Shown: positions 1 through 12,518 of the stretch, one piece after another
Position numbering within the stretch: position 1 is the first letter of the stretch
Layout of the letters: the number at the start of each line of letters is the position of its first letter
NCBI GenBank assembly: GCA_001179505.1
Contig: CDMY01000296.1
Span: 62,001 to 126,000 of the forward strand
DNA from: Vitrella brassicaformis CCMP3155
Lineage: Eukaryota; Protista; Chromerida
Direction: 5' to 3'
Length of the DNA: 64,000 nt
Position numbers and translations under genes: made by a program
Notes under the pieces: generated by a model
The model's input: the letters and a program-made list of their open reading frames with translations, nothing else
Databases searched by the model: none
What the model was told of the DNA's origin: nothing

Positions 1-35
1 GGTGTGGATGTGCTGTTTGTGTTTTGGTGGTTCAG

Positions 36-729
36 GTGGCGCCAAGATTCCCGGAGAGGACGACTCTTATGACTTCGGCTCGGGTACGAGATGAAAGGAC
101 GTGACTGCTCTCTCGCCCTTGACCGCATCAATCGGTCCTGCCCCACTGCCTGCCTGCTGTAGGTGCGGGCTTCTACCTCAATGCAACCGCAGCACCCTGG
201 TCCAAGAACTACCAGTAAGTGCGCACACACAGTGTTGCCGCCAGCATGCAATGCATGTATTTCTGCCGTTGTGTTTGTTTAGCATGTATGACTACATCGT
301 GAGTGAGCTGCCGGCGCTGGTCAACGGCAACTTCCCCGTCAAGCCCGACAAAGTCGCCATCATGGGACACTCAATGGGAGGTGAGTTAGTGGCAGGTTCT
401 GTCCGTCCATCATGGACTTGTCCGCCTTCACCCTTGCTGCTTGTGTGCAGGTCACGGCGCCCTCACTATTGCCCTCAAGAACCCCGACAAATACAAGGTG
501 GTCACCATTAATGCATTCACACATCGAACGACCGACGCCCATGTGCTGTGCGGCCCTGTCGTCCGGTCCGTGAGTGTCTATAGAGTGCGTCGGCATTTTC
601 GCCCATCTGCAACCCCATCAACTGTCCCTGGGGCCAGAAGGCCTTCAAGGGCTACCTGGGAGACGATACCGACGCCTGGAAGGTATGTGTGTGTGTGTGT
701 GGCTCGCAGGACTGGAAAGATCTGATGGA

Positions 730-764
<35 letters not shown>

Positions 765-1193
765 TCGTTTCGTTCAGATGTACGATGCTGTTGAGTTGGT
801 CAAGGGCTACTCTGGCCCCGACCTCCACTTGCTCGTTGACCAGGTTGGTCAGCTACGCCTCCACACACACACACACACACACACAAACGAAGAACGGACC
901 GCATAGCACAGATCTGTACATATTGATGTGTTCCTGTCTGTTATCGCAGGGCGATGCCGATGAGTTCCTGCAGGAGCAGCTGAAACCCGAAGCACTGCAG
1001 GTGAGGTGGGCACACAGACAGAACAGACAGAAGGGGTGCACTGTGTGTGTGTGTGTGTGCGCAGGCCGCGTGCCTTGCTACGAAGGGTCTGTCGCTGACG
1101 CTGCGGATGCAGGAGGGCTACGACCACAGCTACTTCTTCATCTCGACCTTCATCGACGACCACATCCAGCACCACGCACACCACCTCAATTAA
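36..1193 (+). CDS. ESD: S-formylglutathione hydrolase / esterase D, multi-exon, 5' end upstream of window
   Basis: Spliced exons read [42 protein letters not shown]...GHSMGG (nucleophile Ser motif), [44 protein letters not shown]...LKPE and [20 protein letters not shown], stop TAA 1191-1193. GT-AG introns. Confidence 0.96.
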
Positions 1194-1945
1194 GTGAAGT
1201 GAATATATGAGGTCGGGAGGGTGACAGCGCGAGCACTATCACAATTAGCAGTCTGAGGGAGGGACTTTTATTGGTTTGTGCGTGTCGGTCGGGCACCGAA
1301 GTTCTGCGAGCGTCTTAGCAGCGTGGTTTATGCACTCGACGGACATCTTGCCCGCCCGTCGCATTCATTGATGCGACCGAGGGACGCATGGATGGATTGG
1401 ATGAATGAAATGGCAGACAGACAGAAAAACCTGAGTGAGTCAGTCAGTGTATTGGTTCGTCTTCCCGTCACCGCTTCCGTGAGTGAACCGATCGTTTGAT
1501 GTGATGTGTAGCTCTCATCCATCCATCCATCCATCCACAGCCGATCCAAAGTCACACAGGCGGAAATAAGACCCTCCCACTAAAGCAAGAGCACCAGCTG
1601 AGCTACCCAAGTCAACTAAGTGGGTCGGCCAGTCAGAGCACTCAGGCAGCCAGTCAGCTACACAGCGGCAAGACGGCAAGACGGCAAGCAAGACGGCATC
1701 AATCCCGTTTATCTGCCTAAGTCCACCCTATTCACAAATCACCCATTCTAAATCACCCATTGCTGCAAAGCTCTCTCTCTCTCTCTCTGTGCGTGTCTGT
1801 GTGTGTCTGTGTTTCATCTGCCCGTGTGTCCTCCCCTCCGTCCTTCCCTCTATCTCGGCGCCGTCTGTCTGTCTGTCTATGTAGGTAGGTATCTACTCCT
1901 TCCTGTACAGCAGCTTCCATCCATGCATCCATCCACCGCGATCAT

Positions 1946-4902
1946 CTATAGGATGATGCAGCACTTGGGTTTGGCTGCATCGGGTGGCTGCTGCTGTGCC
2001 TGCACCACCGGCTGCGCATACGACGTGGGCGCCACGGGGCCGCCGCCTGTGGTAGTGGTCACCTGCACGGCCGTCACCTGACCAGAGGAAAGGAAGGGAC
2101 GCACAGATACAGACAGATACAGGTCGTGTGGTGTGCTCTGCGTGTGTGTGTGGTGTGTGGTGAGGTGACCGACCTGCATGGGTGAGGCCTCTGCGAGTGT
2201 TGCTGTGGATGTGTTGAACAGCCGCTGCATGTCGCCCATACAGTCCTACACCCACACACGCACACACCCAGCCGTCCATCCATCCATCCACAAATGTCTG
2301 TGCGTCTGTCTGTCTGTCTGTATATATGTGTCTCGGCTTGCCTTGTACATGGCCCCGTTGCTCGTGACGCCGAGGGCATGGAAGCCCCATCGGCCTGTGT
2401 GGCCGTCGCGAGCCACCTTGGAGATGATCAACGCTGAGCGACATACGGCCAGACACAACACATGTGCTCGCTTGGCCTGCCCGTCAGTCTGTCTGTCTGT
2501 CTGTCTGTCAGCCTCTTCACCCACCGTCCCTCCTACTCACCTCGTGCATTGGCGCCCTCTGCGAGTTGGTATCTGGCGAGCTCCTGCGTGCCGTCCTCCG
2601 CACGACAGTAGGGGTTGGCCACCTGCGCGAACGTCACGCCCTGATTGATACATTGGGAGGAACGTACATATCACAACACACATGTGGGGGTGTGGGTGTG
2701 GGTGTCTGTAGGTATGTCTTCCGTCTGTGCGGTGTGCTCACATTGGTGTAGATGTTAATGCAGAAGCTGCACACGCGCATAGCATACACCCAAGGAGAAT
2801 CGGATGAGAGGAGTATGGTCTTTTGTGTGTGTGTGTGTGTGTGTGAGTGTGAGTGTGTGTGAGCTTACAAGACTTGTGCCACCGTGGGCCCCAGGGCGTT
2901 GAGGTTGATCACTACTCGCTCGTCATCGCCCTCACCCTTGCCCTGACCACACACACACCACACAAACCCCACACAAATGGCGTCTGTGCACTCGACACAC
3001 GAACACCGCTCTGGGCAACGAGACGTACCGTGAGGTTGTCACCGCTATGGCTGATGGCACCCGCCTCGGAGTGCGGCGCGGAACTCTTCAGATTGCCGAA
3101 GAACACCGCCTGACCGATCGATCGACCAATGGACAGACAGCCACACATGGACAGGACAGGACACACATCATGATGGATGTTGTGCGCAGCGCATGCCCCC
3201 GTTCAGTTGAGCTCACCTCTAGGAAGTTGGCGTGTGTGTCGAATATGACGGCGCTGCAGTCCAGGTCCACAGTGCCGAACGATGTGTCCCAACCTGCAGT
3301 GGAATGCATTTGCACACATGGACAGACAGACAGACAGACAGAGAGGGGTGGGTGGTGTTGTTTGTGGTAGGGATGCTTGAGGGCAGACTGGACCAAGCAG
3401 TCCACCCCTCAAAAGCCGACACATCACTCTAGCACCCTAGTTTAACGTGACAAAGAGGGTCGGGACGGCCTCTTAGACGCAGATAATAAGTGCAGTGCAC
3501 CCACACCACCCACATGCGCCAGCCCCCGCCTTCCCCCGACAGCGTGTCGGGTGCTTGCGTACCTAGTCCACACGTGATCTTGGGCAGCGCCGAGGAGAAA
3601 TCCACGACTGAACCTGCAGCCCGCACACGCCCAGGTACACGGCTGTGTGTGGTGTGGTGTGGGCTGGCGCCACTGCTCACCTTTCGACATCTGGAAGTTG
3701 ACTCGCTGCACACTCGGCGCATGGGGAATCATCTGCCTGATACACACCCTCACACACCCTCTTGTCCCCACCTCACCTCACACACCACACCCACTCTCCC
3801 ATCCCACCTGATGACCCCGTTGATGGCCGGCAGCACGTCCATGAAGTGCCGCCCTTGCGCAGGCGCGTCGATGGGCCGGATGAGCCACGACCGGGCGCTG
3901 GGCGGCTGGCTCTGCTGCGAGGCGTTACAGTGCAGTGCTGAGAGGATGATGGCCGTGGCGTTGCCCTTGTTGCTGCCCAGGGGGTACTTGGCCACCGACG
4001 TGTGCGACACTTCGTCCAGCACCTGCAGCAGGCCTGCACTCATAGCCAAATGCAATAACAGACAGCGTGTGTGTGGTGCCAGCGCTGCGTGTCTGCATCG
4101 ATTCGTCCGTGCGTCCGTGCGTACCTCCCTGGACGTCATTGAATGACCCGCCGGTGTAGCAGCAGACGCACACGACCACCATCTGCACGTTGGGCGGCAG
4201 CCGGCCGAAGTGAATCGCAACCTTCTCTGCGATATGATACCCGTCAGACACACACGACCCACACACGTGGGCATCCATCCATCCAATCACTCACTGCCTG
4301 AGTGAATGACTGACCGTCGATGCCCGGCACCTTGCCCTCAGTCTCGTCGCCGCTGTGCGTCTGCAGCACCGAACAAACAGCGCAACAGAAAAGAACAAGT
4401 GCGATGCAGAAGCAGAAGCGGAGGCGCATGTGTGTGGGAGTGTGTGTGGATGTGGGTGTGGTGTTGCGGCCTTACTGACCACAGCCCTGCCGCATGCCTT
4501 GAGGTTGTTGTAGTAGGCCGCATCCACTATGCTACCGGCGAAGTCAACGACGAGCGCCTGCACCTGCACTCACCAGGCAAACCAATGCTATCAAGCGACG
4601 CTGTCACCACTGCTATCAAGCGTGTGGATGGATGCTCACGTCCAAGTCGACTGGCGCGTGTGCACCGAAGTCCCAGCTAAGAGCGAATGAGTGGCTACGC
4701 GAAGGATCTATCGCGAAATCCTGAGAGAGATGCCGCAGACAGACGCAGACAGGCGGCGCATCTCTCTCTCTGACGTGTCCATGAATCTGCCCTGTGCGGC
4801 CTGCCATAGTGCAGCCGTGTGGCCCTCCCACTTGGCTTGGCTGACCTTGTTGGTCTCCAGCCGCTGAGCCGACGAATCGTCATACGGAGGCGGGGCGCTC
4901 AT
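1946..4902 (-). CDS. Tandem TerD-domain protein with C-terminal CaaX motif (multi-exon)
   Basis: ATG at 4902 (MSAPPPYDD). Domain 1: FALSWDFGAHAPVDLDVQALVVD..AAYYNNL..HSGDETEGKVPGIDEKVAI. Domain 2: GLGWDTSFGTVDLDCSAVIFD..AVFFGNLKS..HSGDNLTGKGEGDDERVVINL..SALIISKVARDGHTGRWGFHALG. These match the TerD signatures GLGWD, DLD and HxGDNxTGxGxGDDE. Ends AAKPKCCIIL-TAG at 1946. Confidence 0.88.
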
Positions 4903-5270
4903 TTCTTTGACGCGACTCACAGTTCCTTTGCCAACAGCGATGCAACACACGCCCTCAAGGCAGAAACACAGCCGGAAGATAGAACAGGCCTGCAAGCTCG
5001 AAGGTCAGCTCGCAACCCCTGATACGCCTGTCTGTCTGACTGTCTGCGGATGAGTCCATATCGCATTCGGCCGGACGCACCACATGCAGCTGGCCAACTT
5101 GCACACGGACCATCCCACTGACAGCCAGCCAGCCAGCCAGTCAGCCGCCCAGTCCAGCGGGTCATCCTTCGACCGACACGATCATGCTGCATGACAGAGA
5201 CCAACACGCAGGCGTCTTGTGGATACACATCAGATGCATGTCTGCATCATCTGCGGGGCTCACTTTGTAG

Positions 5271-7214
5271 CTATGGCGCCTGGCCGTCGAGGACGATAGC
5301 TGCGATGGGAGTCACCAGGCGGCGGACCTTGGCGGCCGTCAGGGGGAATCGCTGGGCGAATGGGGCCCCCTGAGGGACACCCGCTGCTGGCGCCTCGGTG
5401 GTACGGATGTTGACGTGGACTGCACGCAGACAACAGCAGAGCGGATGGTCCGACGACACGACAGCATGATGATGGGTTGTCAATGTGTTGTCAATGTGTA
5501 TGCGTACCGCTCTGGTTGTTGGCTGGGCGGATGCCAAAGAGAATCCAGGCGATGAATGGGTCGGCAGCCGTTGTCAGCACGTGCGCCTGCCCACAGAACC
5601 CACTGGCCCGCTCGCATGCCGTCACGTCCGAGCACTCGTCGAGGGGCGTGTGCGGCGATCGAGTCATGATGCGGTCGACGTGGCCGCCACGCACACGCCT
5701 GACACACACATCAATAACGCACCACATAGTCATTCGCCCTCTCATTTTGTGCCGTCCATCCACTCACTCATCCACCGCCACTGTTGGCGAGTAGGTGAAG
5801 CCGCCCACAGCCCGCAACCGGCGAACCAGCATCAGGCTCTTTAACAGGGAGCTCGCCGATGCGTCAACAGCCCCGTTGTTGACGCCACCTGTCGCCCAGC
5901 CCACACCATGCTGCCACCGAATGCGGCTGCGGACTGGTGGGTCGTGTGGCTTGGTGTGGTGGGTGAAGGGGTGCTGCGAGAAGGGATGGACGGGGCGGTT
6001 GGGGAGGGGGAGGGGCGGGTTGACTGTGATGGTGAAGCCGGGCTCGTTGCGGATGGCGCGAATCTCGTTGTTGTGGCGGAACAGGTGGAGTGTGCCGTCT
6101 TGCTGGCCGTTGGGGCGGCGGAAGGCCACATAGCGGCCGACGAGCATCCACTGAGCACAGAAACGGGGCAGCGCCAGGAAGTCCTGCATTCAACAGCTCA
6201 CATCCAGCAGCTCACCCATTGCCCCTTCTGTGTGTTGTGCTTACCGCCTTGGTGGCGTGTGTCTGCAGATCTACAGCACCCACAGTGACCGGCAGCTGGC
6301 AGCAGCCGCAGTGCTCGGCGACTCTGAGTGTGTCGCCCACCTCCCGCCAGCCGCCCTCGCCCCCCTCCTCCACCACCCACATGGCCTTCAGCACGTCGCG
6401 GTGGCTCAGCTGATCGTCGAACTGTACCACACCGCTCACCCCCGCCCGCTCGATGGCCTTGTCCAGCCGAAAGCGTCGGACGATCGGCCGGAGGGCATTT
6501 CTGATGGGTAGGGCTGTCGACTTGAGGTGGGCGACGGTGGTGAGGTCAGACAGCGCCAGGACGATGCTCATGGGCTCGGCAGGGATGTCAGTCAGATGCA
6601 GCCGTCGGGCCTGATTGCACACATAAGAGGTGCACACCGCATCAGTGTGGGTCTTGCGTTTGTGCCTGCCTGTGGCCACTCACTCCCTCACCTGTGTGCG
6701 GCTATGTCTTGTGAGTGCGATGGTCGAGTTGATGGTGTCTGTCAGGTCGGCCAGCAGGTCGGACACAGCCTCGAGTTGACGACTCACCTTATCCACCATC
6801 TGACGAAGAAAGTAGCCTCGACAGACACACAGAGAGCTTTGTGGTGTGTGGTGTGTTTGGCAGCCTGCCGCACCAGTGGTGCCATCGAAGCTGCGGTGTC
6901 CATCTGCAGGAGTTGGTCTATGCAGCTGTTGATCTGCGCACGCACACCACACACACACACACAAGCAAACAGCGATAAGCTTTGGATGCACTGCATGGAA
7001 TGGACGAGTTGGTTGGTGTGTTGGTCGGCTGGCTACATGAGCCTGCTTCATCCGATGAACTTCTACTCGGGGCAGCAGCTGCGCCCGTACCGCTGCGCTC
7101 AACTGCACCAAACCGAATGGCAAACCACACACACACCACAAATGAGCGGCTGGCCTGAACCTTCCTCTTCTCCAATTCCTCTTCTCTCACCTGGGCGGCG
7201 GTACTGGCAGCCAT
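5271..7214 (-). CDS. Hypothetical protein, probably a lineage-specific family (coiled-coil-like segment, then weak F-box-like motif)
   Basis: A chain of same-strand exons with GT-AG junctions: MAASTAAQVREEELEKRK (ATG 7214), QINSCIDQLLQ, RQLEAVSDLLADLTDTIN, LHLTDIPAEPMSIVLALSDLTTVAHLKST (F-box-like), QDFLALPRFCAQWMLVGR, ending VLDGQAP-stop at 5271. No recognisable catalytic motif. Confidence 0.6.
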
Positions 7215-7626
7215 GAGCACCTAAGTCGCGAAAGCTATGAATCGGAGTGCTGTTTTGTGGCTTCAACGGGCTCTGCAGCTGGCAAGAGCTGCTCACGCAG
7301 ACGCATTGCAACCATCTGCACCACACCGACCGGAGGACAACACAAACAGCACAGCACATGAACTGATTCACGTGCGTTGCTTCATGCTTTGCTCATGCAT
7401 GCCTTCTTGGCCTGCAGGCTCCTCTCCTCTCACCCGAGTGTGATTGATGTTGACGGCCATTCAGAAAAGCAATCCTTGCGAGCTCAATATAAAGCTCGCA
7501 ATCAGCCCTTCCCGAGAAATGACAAGCTGCCATCCCCTCAGGCTGGGCCTCAGCTGATGCTGACGATGACCATCTCTTGTCCCGTCCAGCCACTAACACA
7601 CCCCGCCGCCGCCTGAGCACATCGCG

Positions 7627-10301
7627 ATGAAGCAGCGTTCACCGATGAGGGACCTCGGCGTCCCGCTGCTTGCCCATCATCAAGATCCCCATGTGTCGGC
7701 TGCAGTCCGCTCCTCGTCCACGACGCGTGCCGGCGGCCCAGCGCCATACAGCACCATGGCGGTGCGTGAGGCCAGGGGTGCCGATGTGGCAATCAACACA
7801 AACACCACGGTGACCGGCGGCAGCAGCGGGAGCGTTGGCTTCAAGACGCACCGGTATCCGTGGCTGGACCTGTACAGAGGGCTGTTGTGTGTGGTCATGG
7901 CCTGGGAGTGCGCCATTGTCTTCCTCGAGAGCGTTGCCGAGGCCGCCAGCGGAGAGGAAAACTGGACAGGTCAGACAGACAGACAGACAGACAGACAGAT
8001 GGACAGACGAGGGAAGTGCAGCGCGTGTGGGTGTGGGTGTGTTGTGTGTGTTGGTGGTGTGTGTTTGCAGGTGCGCTGACGGATTACAACGACGATATAG
8101 GTTACTTTGTGGCCCGGCAAGTGAGCATGGTGTGCGCGCCTGGCTTCTTTTTCTGTATGGGCGTCTCCATGACGCTCTTCGCCATGCACAGAAGAGAAAA
8201 GGGATGGAACAGACTCAGGGTAGGGAGGGAGGGACGGACGCACGCACGCCGGCCCGCGGCACTCAGACAGACAGACAGACGCACACCACCACCAACGGAC
8301 AAACAGCAGCTCTCATGCATATCTGTCGCATCGCTTCGCATCGCGTGTGTGTGTGAGTGTCTGCAGATAGCTCGTCATTTTGTGGTCCGCGGCGTGTTGT
8401 TCCTGCTGCTAGATCGGGTGGTGTCGGTCATCATCGCCTCAGACCTCATCGCCAAGCAGCCCTTCTCGCCTCCCCCCACACCATCATCCCCACCGCCCTC
8501 CCCTCCCGAGCCCTTTCCGCCGTCGGCCATCGAGCGGTACCGGCAGATCACCGCGGCCCACGGCATCTTTCCCTCCCTTCTCATCGGCTTCTACCAGCCC
8601 CTCACCGCACTCGGCGTCTCTTGTGTCCTTGTGGGCCTGCTCATGCCCGTCATAATGGCCACAGCGCAGCAGCGGCTCAAGACACCGTTGGCGAGCTACC
8701 CGCCGCAGCTCAGGAAGAGGCGGCTTGGGAGGGGGTGGGCGGCCGTGAGGCGGCGGCTGCTCGAGTTTGTCAATTTTGCTGTGGGGCAGGCGCTGGCCGT
8801 GTCGCTGGGGATGGCGTGCATCATCGTCTCGAGTGTGGTGGTGGGTCTGGCACAGACGCACCACCACACCACTGGGGCGTGGCCTGGCTATGGCGCCGTT
8901 GCGACATCGGCGCATGAGATCGTCCTGAGGCTACTGGTCTTTCCCGGACGGTGAGCGAGTCAGTCCGTATGCATCAACGGCGCTCTCTCTGTGTGTGTGC
9001 GTGTCTGTGTGTAGGTGGCTGTACGGCTCGTTCGATTACTGCATTCTGCCCTGGATCGGCCTCACTCTCTTCGGCGTGGCTGCTGGTGGGTCAAGGAGGG
9101 GAGGAGAGGGGACACTGAAGCAGCCCCTCTCTGTCGTCTAACCAACCAACCGGTGTGTATGTTATGTGTAGGTGTTGAGATGCGCGAGGATGTGCGCGGT
9201 GCCCAGGTGCGGTGTCTGGTCAACGCCCTGCTGTCAGCCATGTGCTTCTTGATGCTGCGCACGCTCGGAGGCGCTTTCGGCAACCTCAGGGGCTGGCCGA
9301 GAGGCGAGCACGCCGGGCCCATGAGGGGGTTCCTCACTTTCAGCAAGTACCCACCGTCTCTCTCCTACTTACTGCTCACCCTTGCCGTCAACTTGCTGCT
9401 TATCGCTATCGCTATCGCTGTCGATACTCTGCTTACACCCAGTAAGAGCTCAGCAACGAGGGAAGGACACTCCACGTGACTGACGTGCCACACACACAGA
9501 CGGAGCGCTGCATTCATTGTGTGTGTATCAAATCAAATCGGTGTGTGTGTTTTGATTGCAGAGTTGCGGCCGCGTCCGATAGTGCCTGGTTCAGTCGCGC
9601 AGCCCCAGTCCAGGGACATTGGCTTCCAGCCGCACCAGTCGTCGGCCGCCTCGTCAGCCTTTTACCCTCCGTACCCCTACGGGCTGCCCCTCCCCGTGCC
9701 CCTGCCCCCCTCCTCCATCGACACCCTCCCCCCCGGACACACACACATGCACATGACCACCATGGCCACCATGACCAGCACCACCAGCAGCAGCAGCACC
9801 GGCAGCAGCTCTGCCTACACCCACATGGCCCACCTGGCATCCACCAGCAGCACCGTCCCCACCGAGTCGATGAGCGACGGCTATTTCGGCAAGAAAAAGG
9901 ACTATGGCTGGGGATCCTACCCCTCCATGGCTGGTGCTGGTGGTGCGGACGTCGGCAGGAGTCTCAGCGCGGAGGCGGCCAACGCCACGCCGACCCGACT
10001 GCGCGAGCAGCGCCCGCGGCGCGGGAAGACCTGGGGCTTGTGGTGGCAGAGACAGGGCGGGCGGCTGGTGTCCCCTCTTGTCAACTACGGCAGGGCGCCC
10101 TTGTTCTTCTACGGCGTCCAGCTGGCTGCTCTGGGGGTGTTCGGGATAGTGCTGCGGCTGGTGTGGCGGGTGGACGGGCTTCCTCTGGCGTGGGTGTGGG
10201 TGCCCTGGGTGGTCCTGCTGGTGGGGCTGCATTTTGCGGCCAAGGCCTACAGCCAATGGAAGCTGCGCAGCCCACTGGTGTCTTGGAGACACCTCCTGTG
10301 A
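7627..10301 (+). CDS. DUF1624 / heparan-alpha-glucosaminide N-acetyltransferase-like polytopic membrane protein
   Basis: Motifs RYPWLDLYRGLLCVVMAWE, YFVARQVSMVCAPGFFFCMGVS, HFVVRGVLFLLLD, FLTFSKYPPSLSYLLLTL, YGRAPLFFYGVQL and terminal YSQWKLRSPLVSWRHLL follow the DUF1624 pattern (DxLRG, CAPxF, KYPPSL, GRxPLFFY). Many hydrophobic segments. Confidence 0.85.
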
Positions 10302-10443
10302 GTGAGGCAGCCAGCGCATTGCATTTAGCGCCGTCCGTTGGCTGTGCAGTACATGGGGAGGGAGGGCGCGGTTGCGTTGTGTGTGTGTGAGTTAGTCTCA
10401 TGAGGGGGTGGGTGGGTTGAGTGGCCGGACCGGACAGACCCCC

Positions 10444-10479
<36 letters not shown>

Positions 10480-12518
10480 CTTGTTTGTGTCAAGGTGCTT
10501 GCATCGGCAAGCGCGGCGCAGTCTCATTCTCTCGTCCGCTTCCCCCCCTTCTCCCGTCAGTTTTCTTCTCTCTCGTCCGTCCGTCCGTCCGTCCGTCTGT
10601 CCGTCTGTCCGTCTGTGTGTCTGTCAGTTTGTATGAGTTGGTCCCTCCCTCTATGGTGTGGTTGTTGGTGTGTTATATATAGAGAGACCCAACCCACATG
10701 CACCCACAGCTAGGGGCGGAAAGGACGGCCGGCCGGCCGTCCGCAGTACATTCATTCATTACATGACATATATGAACGATGCTACAGTCTACGGTAGGTA
10801 CGCCGCTACAGTACCTGCGGTACGGTGCGCACAGTGGCGTACCTGCCGCCTCGTTTGTCTGTTGTTTCTCTTATAAATACATATAGAAAGAACGACCAGC
10901 ACGGCTCGCACAAGGCAAGGATGTCTGGCGTGGCGGCCTGCCTACCTGCCTACCTGCCTGCCTGCCTGCCTGTCAGTCAGTCAGTCAGTCAGTCTGCGCG
11001 AGTCCGTCACTGAGTGTGTGTGCGTGTGAGTGAGTGAGCTGGTGTGTTGTGAGGTGGGTTTTCATGATTACTCGACTGGATACCATACAGGCAGGGAGGT
11101 GGGGTGTGCGCCTGAACAGAGAGCTAGCCAGTGGCCGGCACTGACATGCAACCAATCAAGCAAATCACATCAGTGGATGGCTGCAGGCCGGCCTTTCAAC
11201 GTGGCGGGCCTGCAGCGGGCCGGGCTGGGGGAGGGGGATGCACTAATCTGCCGTGCCGTGGCGCGGCGTGTGTTTACTAGAGGGAGGGAGGGAGGGAGGG
11301 AGGGACAGAGGGGGGCGGGGGCTGGGATGGGAGGGGTGCAATAAGGGAAGGGAGAGGGGTGGCTGGCTGACAATCGCGTCATACATCTTCTTAGGGAGAT
11401 AATGACGTTGGTATGTTATTCTGCTAACGGCGTTTTGCGCTGCACACAGACAGACAGACAGACGACCTCGCCATAGACACTCCGCCCGCCTGACACACCG
11501 GACCGAGCCTTTTCGGCTTGTCTTAGTTAGTCATTCCGTCAGGCAGGCAGGCAGGCAGGCAAACAGGCACACACAATGGTAGCTAACTTTGCCTATCCAT
11601 CCATCCATCCGAGAGAGGAAGGGGATTGAAGGGAGAGAACGCGGTCGGTCAGTCTTTCCAGCCAGCTGAAGATTGCGTGGCGTGTGTTTCTCCCACGGTA
11701 GGTAACCGGTCGGTATGTTATACTAGCCATTCGATGATGATTGAGTGCGTGTGATGTCATTGATGTGGGCCCGTGCAGTGAGTGAGGTTGCAGTGAATGA
11801 CACGAGAGGGGGTGTGCGGCGAGAGAGGGAATGTGGGGGTTGCGTCAGGGGGCAAGAGCAAGACAGCAGGCAGTCAGTGGTCATGGGATCCGGATCCACC
11901 AAGCCATCAGGACACTCTTGATTGACAATGAACGAACCATCCTGTCTGTCTGTCTGTCTGTCTGTCGGTTCAGCCGTGCATCATCCAAAAGGGCGCGAGT
12001 GAAGTCTCACACGTACGTCACCACCATGCAATGCAGCGAACATCAATCAACGCACAGATCGGCATGCGACGGACGGTGACGCTGCCTGCCACCGACACAT
12101 GGCATGGCATCATCAGCTAGCTGCCGTGTCTCATCTATGGCGCACACAACCACGGCACACAAGCAGCCCCTCCTATCCATCAGGCTGTGTCTCTCCCCTT
12201 TGACAAAGCCGTCCGACGTCATGGCAGCTGCTGCGATGAAGCTGCCACTGCGTTGGACGGGATTGTCAAAGGAGAGAGTCCACCCCCGACAGGAGGGGCA
12301 AGTCATCAACAAAAATCACGCGCAGTGGCAGCCGGCCAGTCTCGTCAGTCAATGAAACGTCGAGCTGTGTGGGGGCAAGACGTAATGAGACCGCCTACAC
12401 AACACAACACATACGCACACACACACACACGTCAGTCAGTCAGTCGGTAATATCCTTTGTGTGTGAGTGAGTGTGGTGGTGTCGTTGAGTTGATGTGTAT
12501 GTTTATGTGTATGGTCGC

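Noticed and set aside
1666-1698. (CGGCAAGA)n tandem between convergent genes
   Set aside because: About four imperfect units, indistinguishable from the abundant background simple repeats.
4587-4622. 12-bp direct repeat tgctatcaagcg as a transposon target-site duplication
   Set aside because: Only 12 bp lie between the copies, inside an intron, with no terminal repeats or transposase.
10302-12518. Short ORFs between the DUF1624 gene and the next gene
   Set aside because: Dominated by simple repeats, with no consistent exon chain or protein-like sequence; treated as UTR or intergenic.
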